Shown here: piece after piece, positions 26,630 to 37,617 of the stretch
How positions within the stretch are numbered: position 1 is the first letter of the stretch
Layout: each line of letters begins with the position of its first letter
DNA from: Schmidtea nova
Taxonomy: Eukaryota
Assembly: GCA_044892505.1 (NCBI GenBank)
Contig: CM097882.1
Span: 522,164,001 to 522,228,000 of the forward strand
DNA length: 64,000 nucleotides
Direction of reading: 5' to 3'
The notes under the pieces: generated by a model
What the model was told of the DNA's origin: nothing
What the model saw: only the letters and a program-made list of their open reading frames with translations
Databases searched by the model: none
Translations under genes and position numbers: made by a program

Positions 26630-27751
26630 CTATTAAACAAATCCAGGATTACACGAATTATTAAATTGAGAATATTAAATAAATATTTAAATGACTTACT
26701 AGTCCATGATTACAATAGAAATTTATCGACAATAACTAGACCCGAAATCAAACAATAACACGGTTCAAAATTCATCATGTGAAAATAAAATGATTGATAA
26801 ATATTTAATTGCCTTTTTGTTTCTTATTAATTCGTGGCCCAGATCTGTATAATCCGGTAATGAGAACATTCAAGATCAAATTAGCAAATATGTTTATCTC
26901 AAATTTTACCCACCCGTAAATAATTTATGATTGTTGAAAGTGAAATCAGTTAGATAATCTTTACAGTAAATAAAATAATAAGTACATTAAAGTGAAAACT
27001 ATAGAAAGTCATTCTTTTAGAAAAAAGGAACCCATAAAAACAAGTTTTTAATGTAACTCTTTCTTTTTCTCATGTACTCGGTTAATTTTATTGTTGTATC
27101 ATTGTTTGGTAGTTTCTTGGCAACAGTAAATTGAAAAATCACATTGTTTCAAAATTTTTCAAAATTTTTCAATGGAATAATTTGTGGGCAACCACGAGTC
27201 TGCTCGCAAATTTTCAGATCGATTGAATATCGGGAAGTGGGTTAAAATTCGATCCAAAGTTTGACAAGAAAACAAACAGAAATTGGAAGTTAATAGAAAG
27301 AGTTAAAAAAGAGTTTATCTTACAGCGCTCTTTCAATCATATGCCAGTTTCCATTTATATAATATCAAATATTTACAGGTAATCATAATTTTGAACCCTT
27401 AAATTTAAAAAATAACAATTTATTTTAAAGAATTAGATAAATTATTTTAGTTTAGATATCACTTTACATTGTCAATTTTACATTAGAAAAAAGGAGAAAT
27501 TCAAGAAGTGAATGCACAGTATGTTTGCAATGTCAAATAATACATCCTGATCCAAAATAGGAAAATCGGAAACAAATATATTATCAATGATGATCGATAA
27601 CGGAAAAAATAAATTGAAAAATAAGTTGGCCGAAAAAAAAGATATTTAGCGGAAAATTTAAAAAATTGGACATTAAAATCTTTTTGTTGATATTAGCATA
27701 GTAAAAACTAACAGAAATAAGATACGAATATTTAAAATCAAAAGAAAAAAG

Positions 27752-27940
27752 TTGATTTTAAATTATTACGAGAAGTTATGTCATACGGAATTTGGAATAG
27801 TTGAAGAATATATTGAAACTAATTTTGGAATGAAAAGCATGAGTAACCTAATAAATGTTAGTCTAATTTGCAAAAATTGTCAAAAGTTAAAAGTTTTCAG
27901 TGAGAACAAAAGAAAAGATCAAAACACTAAAGGATATTAA
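27752..27940 (+). pseudogene. Retroelement integrase zinc-binding (HHCC) remnant
   Basis: YEKLCHTEFG...ICKNCQKLK; isolated fragment. Confidence 0.5.
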
Positions 27941-28062
27941 ACTAATTCAATCCTTTTTCATTATTTATTTCAAACTTACTAATAACTTTCTAATTTGATC
28001 TGTAAATGTATTCACAACCAATCAAATTAAAACTGACTAATAAATGCATGCATTTTCACATC

Positions 28063-28843
28063 TGTTGGGTATTTGCGATGTTTAGTCGGTGCTGTTAGTC
28101 TGACTCCTGGTGTTCTTTAAATTTGATTCAATAAAATAACCCAACACAGAAGAATTTATTTGTAACAATCACACTTTTTGACACACTAAGTCTCTTTAAA
28201 ATTTCACAATAACTTTTATCACTGCTTCTCCGACTTCGCGTAGGGATAAGTCTCCCCAAGGAAGATCTCCCTTTCTGGTACGCTGGAATAATAAATTTGG
28301 TTTGGAACTTTTCAAATATCGCTCTTAACTCCTCGCTTGCTAAATTCAAACTTTAGTATTTGTCGTTCCCTTTTATACTGCTTCTGATGATTGGTTTCCC
28401 ACTTCGCTGGAGCTGTCAAATGGTAGTACGATTTGACGTTTTAATTTTCCATCTGTCGGTTACTCTTCGGGTCTCCTCCAAAGTTATTTTTCTCAGGAAT
28501 TATTACCTGTCATATTGCTTGTCCGGGTTTCCCACACTCTCCGGGTTCTCCATTGTCTCGGGTTTCCCATTTGCTCGGGCTTTCCCTTAGCCAATTAATT
28601 ATTAATTAATAATTTAATATTTCAATTATTTCTTTCTGGGGACCCCCCATTGACTTTGTTTTATTATTTTTGGATTCGTTTCAATATTCGGCATCCACCC
28701 ATACCAATTTCCCCCGCTAATTCTCGGTTTTCGAATTTTACCTAAATTTTAATTAATTTTGAAAATTTTATACTTTATTGATTTTTACTAAGTTTTTATG
28801 ATTTTTATTTTTGTATTTTTCTAATTTTTACTAAACCTCAACA
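28063..28843 (-). mobile_element. LTR (781 bp, TG...CA) preceded by a polypurine tract, i.e. a 3' LTR of a minus-strand element
   Basis: Minus strand reads AGGGGAGAGG-TA-TGTTGAGG...ATACCCAACA; layout related to the 2.5 kb and 44.8 kb solo LTRs; flanks do not form a TSD. Confidence 0.75.
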
Positions 28844-28927
28844 TACCTCTCCCCTTTAATTTAGATTCGACCTCGAATCTATGTGTTTATATACATGTAT
28901 AAGTATTATTTGCCCATTTTTTTGCAA

Positions 28928-29114
28928 TGCTAATAATAACTCTAATAATAATAATAATAATAATAATATTAATAATAATAATAAAAATAATAATAATATT
29001 AATACTAATAATAATACCCTTAACAATATTAACAATAATACCAATAACAATACTAACAATACTATCACTAATAATACCAATAACATTACTAACATTAATA
29101 ATCCTAATAATAAT

Positions 29115-29194
<80 letters not shown>

Positions 29195-29245
29195 CACTAA
29201 CAATAATGATATTAGAGTATTACCGACGATAATGATAATGATAAC
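28928..29245. repeat. (AAT)n low-complexity tract
   Basis: Imperfect AAT/AAC repeat; source of poly-N, poly-I and poly-L ORFs. Confidence 0.95.
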
Positions 29246-31264
29246 TATCATCTTATATTTTATATATATAAGTATTTTCTATGTATTTATTCTGGAATGG
29301 AATCTTACAACTGTAACATTGTAAAATGTAACTATAAGTAAATAAAATTTAACCAAAAATGTTTTTAATAAACCTCAACCAATTGCAAAATTTTCATTAA
29401 TGCCAAAATACATCAAATGAAATATTTCATTACAAATTTCTAAAAATCTTATAAATTTATCTATATAATTATTACTGGGAATATCCGATATATATTACGG
29501 GACACGGTGAGTTGCCAATTATTTCATGTTGTTAATAATTTCTACATTCAGTCTATAATTAATAGAAGATTTATTTATTTCAGACATCAATTATTTCCTC
29601 ACTTAAATACTTTTTTACATATTATATATTTATGCATCTTATTGAATACGAACAATTTCGAGCAGGAAAAATTAAGAGAACAAAGAAATTGGTAGAATTT
29701 GATATATCAATGCGGCAGAAAACCATAAGAATAGGCAAAATTCGTCTGTGTCTAAAAATAATACAAGAAATCCTGTTATTTCGCATTTCTGTTTGTTAAA
29801 AAAATTCACTTAATTAAAACGACATAATAACGATAATAATAATTGATAAACCAATTTTTTTTTAAATTAACTATAATTAATGAATTTTTTTTTTTAAATG
29901 GAATCATTGTTACATTACGATAATGAATCGATTCTATGAGAATAGATTGAATCCTGTCAAAATACTATGAATGATGATTTATGATTAATAATGATTACTG
30001 TGATTAACTCTGATTAATAATTTACTGATGGAACTATTTTATCTCTAGGGATTAATTTCCTCCTCGGTGAAAAACACTCCCTCTCCGCCAGAATATTTCG
30101 AATCAGAAACTAGCAGAGACCATTTATCAAAACTGACAAATTTTTTTTAACGAGACTGACAAGGATATTTATGATAGTTACATTTCTGACTACTAAAACA
30201 AAACCTTTTCGGGATTAAGAACTGCTTTTTCTGTGAGGGTATGCCTATTGGAAAAGTGACGTTTGTTTCTCTCTCATTCGTCAGCCAGTTTGCCTATATT
30301 ACCAGGTTGACTATCATAATGTTCATCATATCATTTCATTATCTTGGTTTTCGAGCAAATCCACCTGTTATTTTTTTGGATCTATTCTTAAGTAAGATTT
30401 TAATAATTTCTTTCTTATTATTGCATTTCTTATTTTTTTTTTGATTTATAACTTTGAATTTTTTTTTTAAATTTATAAATTTGAATTTCTTAGTAATATG
30501 TTTATGTGATCATCTAATTCATTATTTTTCAGTGGCTACTGTGCTCCAATGTTTCAATGACAATGTTTCAAAATTCCTACAATTGTGTACACATTCGCTA
30601 AATACTGTCGCTACGCATCTGACTCGTAAAAGCATAAAACGAATTATTCTTAATTATTAAAAATAATAATAAATCGGTATGAAATATACGTTGTCAACAA
30701 TTCTTTTTGTTTTATTATTATTAAAAATAAATTTTTAATAGTTGAAATTACAGTCTACTTCTTTTTAATAGAAGGCATTTTTTTTTAAAAATGTATAGCT
30801 TATACATCGAGTTTACTCGGCGTATGTTTGATATATAAATCAAAGTTTAGGTAATCCTGAAATAAATTATGATTTTGAAACAAACGGTATTTAAGATGAC
30901 AAGTGGGTAAAGTAGTGATCTGCTTTCAAGATCACAGTGTTGATAAAAAGTTGAATGACAACTACATTTTTTTGCTTTGTATGTCAGTGTTTCAATTTAG
31001 CAATTGAGCATCAATATTCTCCTGTACTGTTTTCAATCATCTCATTTATAATTTGTTTCTTTTGGGAAATGAGAAGTAAAGAGGTATGATATATTGTATT
31101 CCCAATGATAAACACAGTGTGACAGGAACTGCAGAACGTAAATGTTTTACTTTATTTATTCAATTATATGTTTAATGTAAGTTCGATTTAATATTTATTT
31201 TACTTAACACTATGTGAAATTTGAAATTTAATAATAATTCGAATGATTGTGTGACGTCGTCAAC

Positions 31265-31311
<47 letters not shown>

Positions 31312-31356
31312 TAACAATAATATCATAATTATCTTTTTTCACCTTTGATCTTTTTT

Positions 31357-31540
31357 TATTATTATTATCAATAATTCTCATAATGACTATAGATCAAAAT
31401 TTTTTTTTATAAACAATAACACAATATTTCGGCACAGCCTTTATACACTTGATAAAGGCTGTGCCGAAATATTGTGTTATTGTTTATAAAAAAAAATTTT
31501 GATCTATAGTCATTATGAGAATTATTGATAATAATAATAA
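31357..31540. repeat. ~184-bp palindromic repeat embedded in (AAT)n
   Basis: Near-perfect inverted arms centred near 31445; same family as 13.4, 23.5, 24.3 and 50.3 kb. Confidence 0.9.
31445..31477 (+). ncRNA. Putative minimal type I hammerhead ribozyme (intact copy)
   Basis: ACAC-UUGAUAA-A-GGC(UGU)GCC-GAAA-UA-UU-GUGU. Confidence 0.65.
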
Positions 31541-31546
31541 CAATAA

Positions 31547-31577
<31 letters not shown>

Positions 31578-31978
31578 AATAAAAATAAAACTAACAACAA
31601 CAATATTAATTATTATTATTATTATTGCTTAGAACACTATAAAAGTATAGTGACATTATAAAATGATGATGCTACTGATATTAATTTCACTAATTATGAT
31701 GATAATGACACTGATTGCATTTACCTCTAACAACAGACCCTTCCCACTCGTCGTCCAGGGTAGCCAAACCCCGGCGATTGGGATTGTTTTGTTTGTTAGT
31801 TATTTATTTTATTTTTATCTCTATTTATAACAATTACTTATTTGCTTTATAAGTTGACTGAAAGTTAAAGCTACAGGGTCTAATTGGTGGGTTGCCATAA
31901 ATAAACGAATCCACAATATTTTACGATTATTTATTTTATAAATAAATCATATACAATTTAATAAATTTCAGTTAATCA

Positions 31979-33442
31979 TCAATCCATTTTTATCTCCATT
32001 CGATTTGATCCATGCTTGTACCGAACAATTGTTTCTTCTCGTTCATAGATAACACCGCTGTATAATATGGTTTTGCTAACTTCAATTGTCGAATCTGCTT
32101 TCCTTTTCAACTCGTTTACTTCTCTAGGCATTGGGCCATATTCTAACGTGGGTTGGAGTTTCACAATGTTCCAGTTTGGTATTGTTTCCAGACTCTCTTC
32201 AACTGGATTTATCAATGTTTCCACTGGATAACTTAGATCAATAATAGGAACTTCGCTCTCTTCCATTACTATGTCTTCACTTGTTAGATCTATTGCTTCC
32301 ATAGCCATGTTCTCCGGGATTTGTGCTAACTTTTGCCTATCGGTTCCTTGAGTTAATTTGGATGTGTTGGCATATAAATTTTTGTATTCCTTTAGAGAAT
32401 ACTTTCTTGATGGTTGTTTTCTGGGAATCACTATATCATCAATCCATTGATTCTCTACCCGTTGGTATATCTTCCGTATCGTTTTGACATCCTCCAGCGC
32501 AGAGTGTATCCCAACCTGCGTTTCTTCTCTGCATATTTCCCGTGCTACCGTCTGCAGCTTGAACCACTCTCCTCTTCTGGTTACGTTCATTCTTTGTAGT
32601 ATTTGTGCAGCTGCAAGATCCCGTATCCCATACAGTTGATCTACCCATAATCCCACATACTGTAGTTCGGCGTGTAAATCGTGGCCTATTAATATTTTTC
32701 CCACTGTTAGCCTCTGAATATCATTCATTTCCGAATATTGATCATGCTGATTTCTGCTGGCTACCTCTGTAATTCCATGGATCTTGGAATTGAAATGGCC
32801 AATTTTTCCTCTTGGGGTCAAATACACGTCTTTAATTATTTTTCCATGGTAATTTATCATCGCAACTGATAAAGGGATCATTCTTTTCGTTTCCGATGTG
32901 GCATATTCCGCGTCCACGAACATTATTCTGTTCCGAATTTCTTCCATATCCATTTCTTTCCTAATGAATGAGAGTTTCCTTTTTAACATTTCTGCTGATA
33001 TTTTCATCAACGTTGAATCCTGTTCCTCTGATGGCTGTGCGCTTGGCCTCTCATTTGGCTCGTTTTCTATTCTTGTTTCTATAACAATGATTGTTTCCTC
33101 ATTCGCTGCGCGTATAGGTTTCGCCATGATTTCCTTTTGGATCTTCCAGGACAAAAATTTCTTCAATTCCATCCACGGCTGATTCCCGTCCATTATTTCT
33201 ACTGTTCCTTTGATAACATGTAGGTAATATTGTTCTTTATTGGATATTCGAACTTTGTCCGTTAGCTTCATTCCCATCTTTCGGTGTATTCTGAGTATTT
33301 TAATTTTCATTTTTCGGTCGTCGATTCTGAAATAATTTGGGATTTGTAAGTTGTCTGTAATCTGGAATTTTTGCCCTGCATGGCGTCTTTGCAGCTTTGC
33401 ATAGCTGTCTAATGTGGATCTTGCCCATTGAATTTGTTCCAT
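31979..33442 (-). CDS. 487-aa protein with a DEDDh 3'-5' exonuclease domain (REX4/ISG20-like)
   Basis: ExoI FVDAEY, HGIT, ExoII LIGHDLHAEL, ExoIII HSALED; open and intronless. Confidence 0.85.
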   Translation of the reverse strand: MEQIQWARSTLDSYAKLQRRHAGQKFQITDNLQIPNYFRIDDRKMKIKILRIHRKMGMKLTDKVRISNKEQYYLHVIKGTVEIMDGNQPWMELKKFLSWKIQKEIMAKPIRAANEETIIVIETRIENEPNERPSAQPSEEQDSTLMKISAEMLKRKLSFIRKEMDMEEIRNRIMFVDAEYATSETKRMIPLSVAMINYHGKIIKDVYLTPRGKIGHFNSKIHGITEVASRNQHDQYSEMNDIQRLTVGKILIGHDLHAELQYVGLWVDQLYGIRDLAAAQILQRMNVTRRGEWFKLQTVAREICREETQVGIHSALEDVKTIRKIYQRVENQWIDDIVIPRKQPSRKYSLKEYKNLYANTSKLTQGTDRQKLAQIPENMAMEAIDLTSEDIVMEESEVPIIDLSYPVETLINPVEESLETIPNWNIVKLQPTLEYGPMPREVNELKRKADSTIEVSKTILYSGVIYEREETIVRYKHGSNRMEIKMD

Positions 33443-33849
33443 TCTTACTGAAATATTTATAATTAAAGGTTTATCAATATAAAATTTGAAGCTAGGGTTA
33501 AGATGAAGTGCCCAAAGGGTACTGTCTTACCTGTAGCTGTATATATATAAATATTAATAAAAAAATTACCAATTTAAAATTTTGAAATCGGATTTATTTA
33601 AAAAATTTTAAGTTTAAAGGATAAGCGCTTCTTTATATGCTCTTACAAATTTTCTATGACCTATTTCCTACTTTCCTACTCCCCCTTGTCTTTTAGTGTT
33701 AGCCAATCAAATTTATTCTTCCTTTCTTTCGTCGGAGAAGCAGTTTTACATAAACATTGATGATACTATCACTGAAAACACTGAATAAAATGTAAAAAAT
33801 AATACTACTACTACGTTATCAAAATTGCATGCAAATTAATCATGTCTTA

Positions 33850-36800
33850 CTACACAATTGTTTCTTCATAGATCATCCAAGGTCTCGAAGGCTCGGATTG
33901 AATCGTAGGTCTGTATATTTTTATCGATTCGCAAAAGACAATAGCGCCAAATGTGATGAGAAAGATTGTTAGGATAATGATGGTTATAAATAATATCACA
34001 CACGCGATTTCTTTGTCATTGTTTAATAATGGTATAGTTTTATTATTTACAATTGATTTATTGGTGATGTCATTGAAAGGCGTTGTCATCTGATTTTGGT
34101 ACAGTGTATTTGAATCGCTGTCATTTATCTTGTCGTAAAAGATTTGGACGAACTTGTCCTCGACTAAAGTTACTCGCCATAGATTAGAATACGAGGTGCG
34201 ACGCTGATATTTGATTTTCATAAAGACAAATTTTGACCTTGACTTTGATCGTAGTTGTTGAAATGTTAATATTTGAGATTTATTGCTGCTGTCTAAGATT
34301 GCCTGAACTTTTCCACAATAGTATATAATAGCTTTTTGATTTGGGTCTGCTCTCCAAGTAACATTTATTAGTTGATGGTATATATAAAACTGAACTCGGT
34401 TCGTTTCGTTGATCAATTTTATCGTTTGTTGACTAGACTGAATTTCAATCCATAGATTATCACTGACGGTTCCATTATCATATAAGGATTTTTCATAATA
34501 ACGAATCAAGATATTATATGTCTGAAATAATTTCAAATTATCATAGTTTATAAAGGGTTTTCTGCTGTTCAGCGTGTCTATAGCATAATTCTGGAAGACA
34601 GTTTTCACTTGTTGGGTTTCTTGTGGTTCCCAATGTACATTAATTCCATTCACAACGGGTTCAATCGAAACAAGATGCTCTAACCTTTTCGTCCAAACAT
34701 CGAGATGTACCATATTATATATTTTTGTAGTGTTCCCTTTAGAGCTTAATTGTGTTATTAGCCACTGATATTTATAATTCATCGTTAATTGCCGTGCCAC
34801 GTGAATGTTTTTATTATAATTCAATCTAACTGGGGGTTCAAAATAATCTAGTAAATTATTTACTTCAATTTCCTCTTCCCTTTCACCGTGAAAAAACCAT
34901 ACGATCTGGGTACATGTTGCATATATGTGAATTTTATCCATCAATGGGATTCTTTTTGTTGCATACGAGGGAAAAACTCGTATTTCACTTGTACAGAAGA
35001 CATTTGCCATCATTATTGTTGAAATCAACAAGACTTTGTTGATATAGTTTAGTGGAGCTGGGTTTTTTGTAAATTTTTGTTTTACTGCTCCTTCTACGTC
35101 TTTAATTAGTTTTGATCTCAATGGATATCGTCTTATTTCCTCCGACGGAACTTTCTTGGACCGGTTTACATGAACAATTATTGTTCCAGCTTTTTTATTA
35201 TTCTGTGGGCGTAATTTCAAATTAATTTCTGTAGTATCACATACGATATATGGTCCTTTAAACGGTCGCTGCAATTTTGGGGATAATCCCTTTGTTGGCT
35301 CTGGTTTATTCACATATACTAAGTCACCAATTTTAATATCATGTGCATGAGTGCGCTTGTCGTAGCACTCCTTATATGCTTCTTGCTGATGTTTTATTTT
35401 AAGTCCGGCTTGAATCCAAACTGTCTGGAGTCTTTCTTGCATAATCACTTTATAATCTGATACATCCATATATTGGGAAATAGGCGACTGAAATTTCAGA
35501 TCGATAGGCATATTGTTTCTTCGTAGGTACATGAGATAGAAAGGTGTTTCACCGGTACTTTCGTTCACTGCATTTCTGTATGCATACAAACATGGTTTAA
35601 TGAATAAATCCCAATCTTTTTGTTTTCTATTTACGTATGACGATATCATATTAATTAGTGTTTCATTGAATCTTTCCACTAATCCATATGTCTGTGGGTG
35701 ATATGGTGATGTACTGATTTTCATTATTCCAAATAATTCTGTAATTGATTTGAACAATTCGCTTTGAAAATTTGTTCCTTGGTCAGTAAGCACTTTCTTT
35801 GGTGCCCCATATCGAAATATTATGTTTTCCACAAATATCTTTGCAACTGTCTCAGCTTTCTGGTTTTGCATGGGGTAGGCTTCTGGCCATTTGGTTAAAT
35901 AATCACAGAAGACAATAATGTATTTATTGCCGTTTGTCGTTTCTGGTAATGGACCGACAATATCCATTGCCGTCATTTCCATTGGTGCCACCGGTACAGA
36001 CATTGGTTTTAAAGGAACTCTAATTTTTCGTCCTGTGTTTCGTCTAGTTAAGCATATTTCGCAAATGTGACACCATTGTCTGACATCTTGTTCTATAGTG
36101 TCCCAATAGTATTTTTGTTTTAATCTTGACAATGTTTTTCGAGCTGATAAATGCCCTCCTAATGCTCCGTCATGATACAACAATAATAATGATTTTCTAT
36201 GTTTTGTTGGAACTATAATTAATAAATTTTCATTTTTTACGCATTTTAGCAAACCATCATGTATAATGTATTTATGTCTTTCCTCGACAATATGCTTCCA
36301 GTCGCTTTCTTTTCTAATTGTGACAGCATGTTGACGTAGCTGATTCAATTCATCATCCTTTTCTTGATCACTTTGCAATTCCTTCATATTATTTGCAGTT
36401 TTAATTGCCATAAATATAGTGTTTTCATACTTTGTTTCATATTGAACAACGTCCTCCTCCTCTGAAATTCTCGACAGCGCGTCTGCATTTGCGTTCGACT
36501 TTCCTGTACGATATTTGATCTCAAAATCATATTTCTGCAAAGCAATTGACCATCTTATCAGCTTACTTGCCGAGTCTCTGTGCTTCATTAGCCATTGTAA
36601 TGGGTTATGATCAGTGAAAACAACAAATTTCATACCGAGTAAGTATTGCCTGAATGTAGTTATTCCATATACTAATGCTAACGTTTCTTTTTCAATCGTA
36701 GAATAATTCTTTTCATGCGGTCTTAACGTTCGACTGGCATAAGCGATAACGTGATCTTTCTCACCTTCTACTTGTTGACCTAGTATCGCCCCTACTGCAA

Positions 36801-37587
36801 ACTTACTAGCATCTGTCATCAATAAGAATGGCCTTTTAAAATCAGGGCATCTTAATATAGGTTGTTTCATTAGGCTTTCTTTGAGTGCATCGAATGCTTC
36901 TTGTTGAACCGATGCCCATTTAAATTTTGCTTGCTTTTTCAACAGCACATTTAAAGGTTGTGCGACATGCGAAAAATTTCTTATAAATTTTCTGTAATAA
37001 CTAGCTAGTCCTAGAAATTGTCGGACTTGGTCTATATCTTTGGGAATCGGATATTTCTTAATCTTTTGTACATTTTCCGGATTCGGCTGCAATCCTCGCC
37101 GGGAAATAATATGACCTATGTAAACAACTTCAGATTTTCCCCATTCACATTTTGACGGTTTTATCTTTAGGTTTGCCTTTAACAATCGTTTAAATACTGT
37201 TCCCACATCCCTCAGATGTTCCTGAAAATTGTTTGAAAATATTATTATATCATCAATATACACTAGTGCATGTGGGATGTCCCGTAATACGAAATTCATA
37301 CCTCTTTGAAAGGTAGCCGGTGCTCCCGTTAAACCAAACGGTAAGACATTAAACTCGTACAGACCTTTACCGTCTGAATACGCAGTTTTTCTCCTGTCCT
37401 CTTCTTTGACCTTAAACTGATTATACCCTTTGTTAAGATCAATAACAGTAAAGAATTGCACCTCCCCCATTTGATCGAACATTTCTTGGGGAACTGGAAT
37501 AGGGTATGTATCTTTTCTTGTGACTTGATTTAACTTTCGATAATCTACACAGAATCGTAGATCACCATCTTTCTTTTTCACTACCAC
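33850..37587 (-). CDS. Pol (RT-RNase H-integrase) fused in frame to a signal peptide, an Ig/FN3-like ectodomain and a TM helix
   Basis: RT YIDDII; RH LMTDAS...EKE..FTDH; IN HHCC (YHDGALGGH...CEIC), MDIVGP, LTDQG, LVERFN; GPY motif; then hydrophobic KVLLISTIMMANVFC, ~320-aa N-glycosylation-rich region and TM IACVILFITIIILTIFLITFGAIVFC. Confidence 0.9.
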   Translation of the reverse strand: MVVKKKDGDLRFCVDYRKLNQVTRKDTYPIPVPQEMFDQMGEVQFFTVIDLNKGYNQFKVKEEDRRKTAYSDGKGLYEFNVLPFGLTGAPATFQRGMNFVLRDIPHALVYIDDIIIFSNNFQEHLRDVGTVFKRLLKANLKIKPSKCEWGKSEVVYIGHIISRRGLQPNPENVQKIKKYPIPKDIDQVRQFLGLASYYRKFIRNFSHVAQPLNVLLKKQAKFKWASVQQEAFDALKESLMKQPILRCPDFKRPFLLMTDASKFAVGAILGQQVEGEKDHVIAYASRTLRPHEKNYSTIEKETLALVYGITTFRQYLLGMKFVVFTDHNPLQWLMKHRDSASKLIRWSIALQKYDFEIKYRTGKSNANADALSRISEEEDVVQYETKYENTIFMAIKTANNMKELQSDQEKDDELNQLRQHAVTIRKESDWKHIVEERHKYIIHDGLLKCVKNENLLIIVPTKHRKSLLLLYHDGALGGHLSARKTLSRLKQKYYWDTIEQDVRQWCHICEICLTRRNTGRKIRVPLKPMSVPVAPMEMTAMDIVGPLPETTNGNKYIIVFCDYLTKWPEAYPMQNQKAETVAKIFVENIIFRYGAPKKVLTDQGTNFQSELFKSITELFGIMKISTSPYHPQTYGLVERFNETLINMISSYVNRKQKDWDLFIKPCLYAYRNAVNESTGETPFYLMYLRRNNMPIDLKFQSPISQYMDVSDYKVIMQERLQTVWIQAGLKIKHQQEAYKECYDKRTHAHDIKIGDLVYVNKPEPTKGLSPKLQRPFKGPYIVCDTTEINLKLRPQNNKKAGTIIVHVNRSKKVPSEEIRRYPLRSKLIKDVEGAVKQKFTKNPAPLNYINKVLLISTIMMANVFCTSEIRVFPSYATKRIPLMDKIHIYATCTQIVWFFHGEREEEIEVNNLLDYFEPPVRLNYNKNIHVARQLTMNYKYQWLITQLSSKGNTTKIYNMVHLDVWTKRLEHLVSIEPVVNGINVHWEPQETQQVKTVFQNYAIDTLNSRKPFINYDNLKLFQTYNILIRYYEKSLYDNGTVSDNLWIEIQSSQQTIKLINETNRVQFYIYHQLINVTWRADPNQKAIIYYCGKVQAILDSSNKSQILTFQQLRSKSRSKFVFMKIKYQRRTSYSNLWRVTLVEDKFVQIFYDKINDSDSNTLYQNQMTTPFNDITNKSIVNNKTIPLLNNDKEIACVILFITIIILTIFLITFGAIVFCESIKIYRPTIQSEPSRPWMIYEETIV

Positions 37588-37617
37588 GATTGAAGCTGAA
37601 AATGGTGATGAGCTATC

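Noticed and set aside
27180-27310. DINE-1/Helentron-like 3' fragment (CAGATCGATTG...GGGAAGTGGGT)
   Set aside because: Resemblance is from memory only, with no termini or second copy in the window.
28856-29324. Poly-L, poly-N and poly-I ORFs of 101-147 aa
   Set aside because: They are translations of an (AAT)n tract in three frames.
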